From Felis catus (taxonomy: Eukaryota): 64,000 bases of DNA. Position numbers and translations under genes: made by a program. Below are positions 61,893 to 64,000 of the stretch, in pieces; the first letter of the stretch is position 1; every line of letters begins with the position of its first letter. Under the pieces are notes generated by a model. It did no database searches. It was not told where the DNA came from and saw only the letters and a program-made list of their open reading frames with translations. Location: contig NC_058369.1 of assembly GCF_018350175.1 (NCBI RefSeq), forward strand, positions 22,508,001-22,572,000. Reading direction: 5' to 3'.

Positions 61893-64000
61893 TTTTTCCC
61901 TTTTGGTTATTTGGGTGTGATGTGGCTGGACTAGAGGGTCCCAGGGCCCTGCCTGGAAGTCTGAGTTCCAGATTCTAGCCCTGGCTCTGACACTGCTGAA
62001 CTTACAGACTTGGGGCAGCTTGTTGCTTTTCTCTGGGCCTGTATGCGACAGAGCTGGAGAGTCCCTCTGTGCTGAGACTCAGCCTGCTTCTAGGGGAGGG
62101 CAGACCTCACCTCGTCTCCCAGGATGCTCCACCATGAGCTGGGTGGCACTCAGTCCATGCTGTGCCAGGGTCTGTACATCCTACCGCCATCTGTCGCCCT
62201 CCCTCTGTCTGCAGCAGGTGCCTGTGGGAGGGGAGGGTGTGGAGGTACTCCTGGCCCCACCAGGGTACGCAGAGTCTAGCAGGGTCACCAGTTCACACCA
62301 GTGCAAAAATGATGTATTAGGTGTAGACGATGAGGCGGACTTGGCCCAGTGGCCGAGGGAAGACAGAGCAGCATCAATGTCAGAGGAGGCTAAGATGACA
62401 TCCCATCCTGGTAAATTCTCCTGTCCACTTTTGCTAACGTATCTCCCAAGGGTTCTTGTACCACAGACTTGTTTTGAGAGTTGTATCAGGGAATGGAGTC
62501 ATCTTTGAATATAAAAGGCAAAAATAAAAGGGACTAAAATATTTGACATATGATGAAATTCTGTGATATTTTAGACAGTGAGTAAATTGGCATTTATATA
62601 ACCTGGTATACTCATTTCCCCTGATCCAGCCTCCCCTGAATGTTGACTTAATAACACGCCTGACTAGATGACGTTAATTGCTTTAAACTGACAAATTAAA
62701 GAAAAAAGAAAAAGCCAGCATTCATTCAACAAGTGTGCCGTGTTCTTTTCGGGCTGGAACCAGTAAAGAAGAGCTGAGGTCCCTTGGGGGAGGGAAGGCT
62801 GAGAAGTAACCTGAGTAGCACAGGAAGGTGAACTTGCACATCCCAGAAACGCCGGCTGTTTGGGCCAGACATAAGCAGTGGAGCTGAGTGTGAAGTTCAT
62901 GGTGCCAGAAGCTACCTGTGGATAGTATATGGCCTTGAACAGCTTTACATTTTCCTCCTTCTGTAAGTGATCTCTATCTCACTGGACTGTTGTACGGATT
63001 TTTAAATTAGACCATGACTGTAAAATTTAGCTCAGTGTCTGGCAGCTGTAGGAATTCAGTGAAGGGCAGCCGCCATTGTTGTGATTCTTGCCTTCTTTGA
63101 TTCGTACACCCACCTCCGAGGTTAGAGGTGCTGCTTCATTTAGAGGACGTTCATTCTCCAGAGCAAGACCTTTGGCTCCTTCATTGCTCTATTTTTGGTT
63201 CCTGTGATAGTCTGTATCAGTAAACATTTGTGGAATAAACGAATGAGTACAGGGGCTGAGAACTCTAAGGCTCAGAGAGATCAGCCAGATCATAAGAGAC
63301 AGAACACAGATTCACACCTGGTCTGTTCTGTCCTCAGCCATGACCCTCAGCTAATGGGGGCTGTTGTTTCCTCATTTTAGTGTTACCTAAATTCCCAGGC
63401 AAAACACCATTTGTCCCCCGCTATCTGAAGGTGAGGTATGTGTGTGTGCGCACGTGTGTGTGTGCGCACATGAACTTTCCAGGGTGGCATCTCAAGAAGA
63501 GAGGTCATATTAGATGTAGCCTCATGGTTGTGTTGAAACTAATTATTTGGTTAGTTTTCATTCTAGGATAAAATGACAGGCTGGGTACCCTTTATCTCTT
63601 TTGGAAAAAAGCTCTTTAAAAGCTCTCGTGTTCTGAATTAGCTGCAAAGTCCCACTAGGATGTTGAAATAGCCTCTACCCATCAAGACCCCATTCAAAGT
63701 GCTTTTTCTAGGACTTGGGGAGAGAAAGCTTTCCCTGCTGATCTACCTGTGTGTGTGTCATCTTTTTCATGTGTATTGCAGTGGTGATTTAGACCTCTCA
63801 GCTCACCCGCCAAACCCTGCACACTCCTATTGCCATGGGCTATGAATCTTCACTGTGCACTGTCTTTCTTAGATCTGTTTTGTGGGCAAGATTGCTGGGT
63901 TGAGAGTGGAGGAGAAGGTGCAGCAGAAGGGCTGAAGAGTGAAGAGAGTCACTTTCTATTCTTTTTTGACAAGTCCTTGAATTCAGCCCTTGAATAGCGC

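Larger units (their letters stand above)
44439..64000 (+). other. CACNA2D3: CACNA2D3 intron 2 (5' portion; continues beyond the window)
   Basis: Donor gtaagg at 44439. The expected next peptide (KYKEYEKDVAIEEIDG..., recalled) was not seen in the rest of the window. Confidence 0.85.

Overview
Mammalian genomic DNA, very likely a felid: it carries about 21 carnivore tRNA-derived Can-SINEs of the cat SINEC_Fc type and a 5'-truncated carnivore L1. The one gene I can identify is the 5' end of CACNA2D3 (voltage-gated calcium channel alpha2/delta-3) on the + strand. It has a CpG-island promoter (~41.9-44.3 kb), coding exon 1 (43571-43692), exon 2 (44357-44438) and the first ~19.5 kb of the long intron 2. 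The upstream 41 kb is repeat-rich intergenic DNA (Can-SINEs, L1, MaLR solo LTRs, hAT MITEs, MIRs, microsatellites). Almost all ORF-track entries are artefacts of repeats or GC content. I found no demonstrable novel system. The best leads are a multiply nested retrotransposon insertion site at 23-27 kb, a string of splice-signal-bounded + strand segments upstream that could be a decayed or unannotated gene (speculative), and a small intronic CpG-rich patch with an antisense splice donor. Repeat subfamily names come from recalled consensus sequences, not from a database search.
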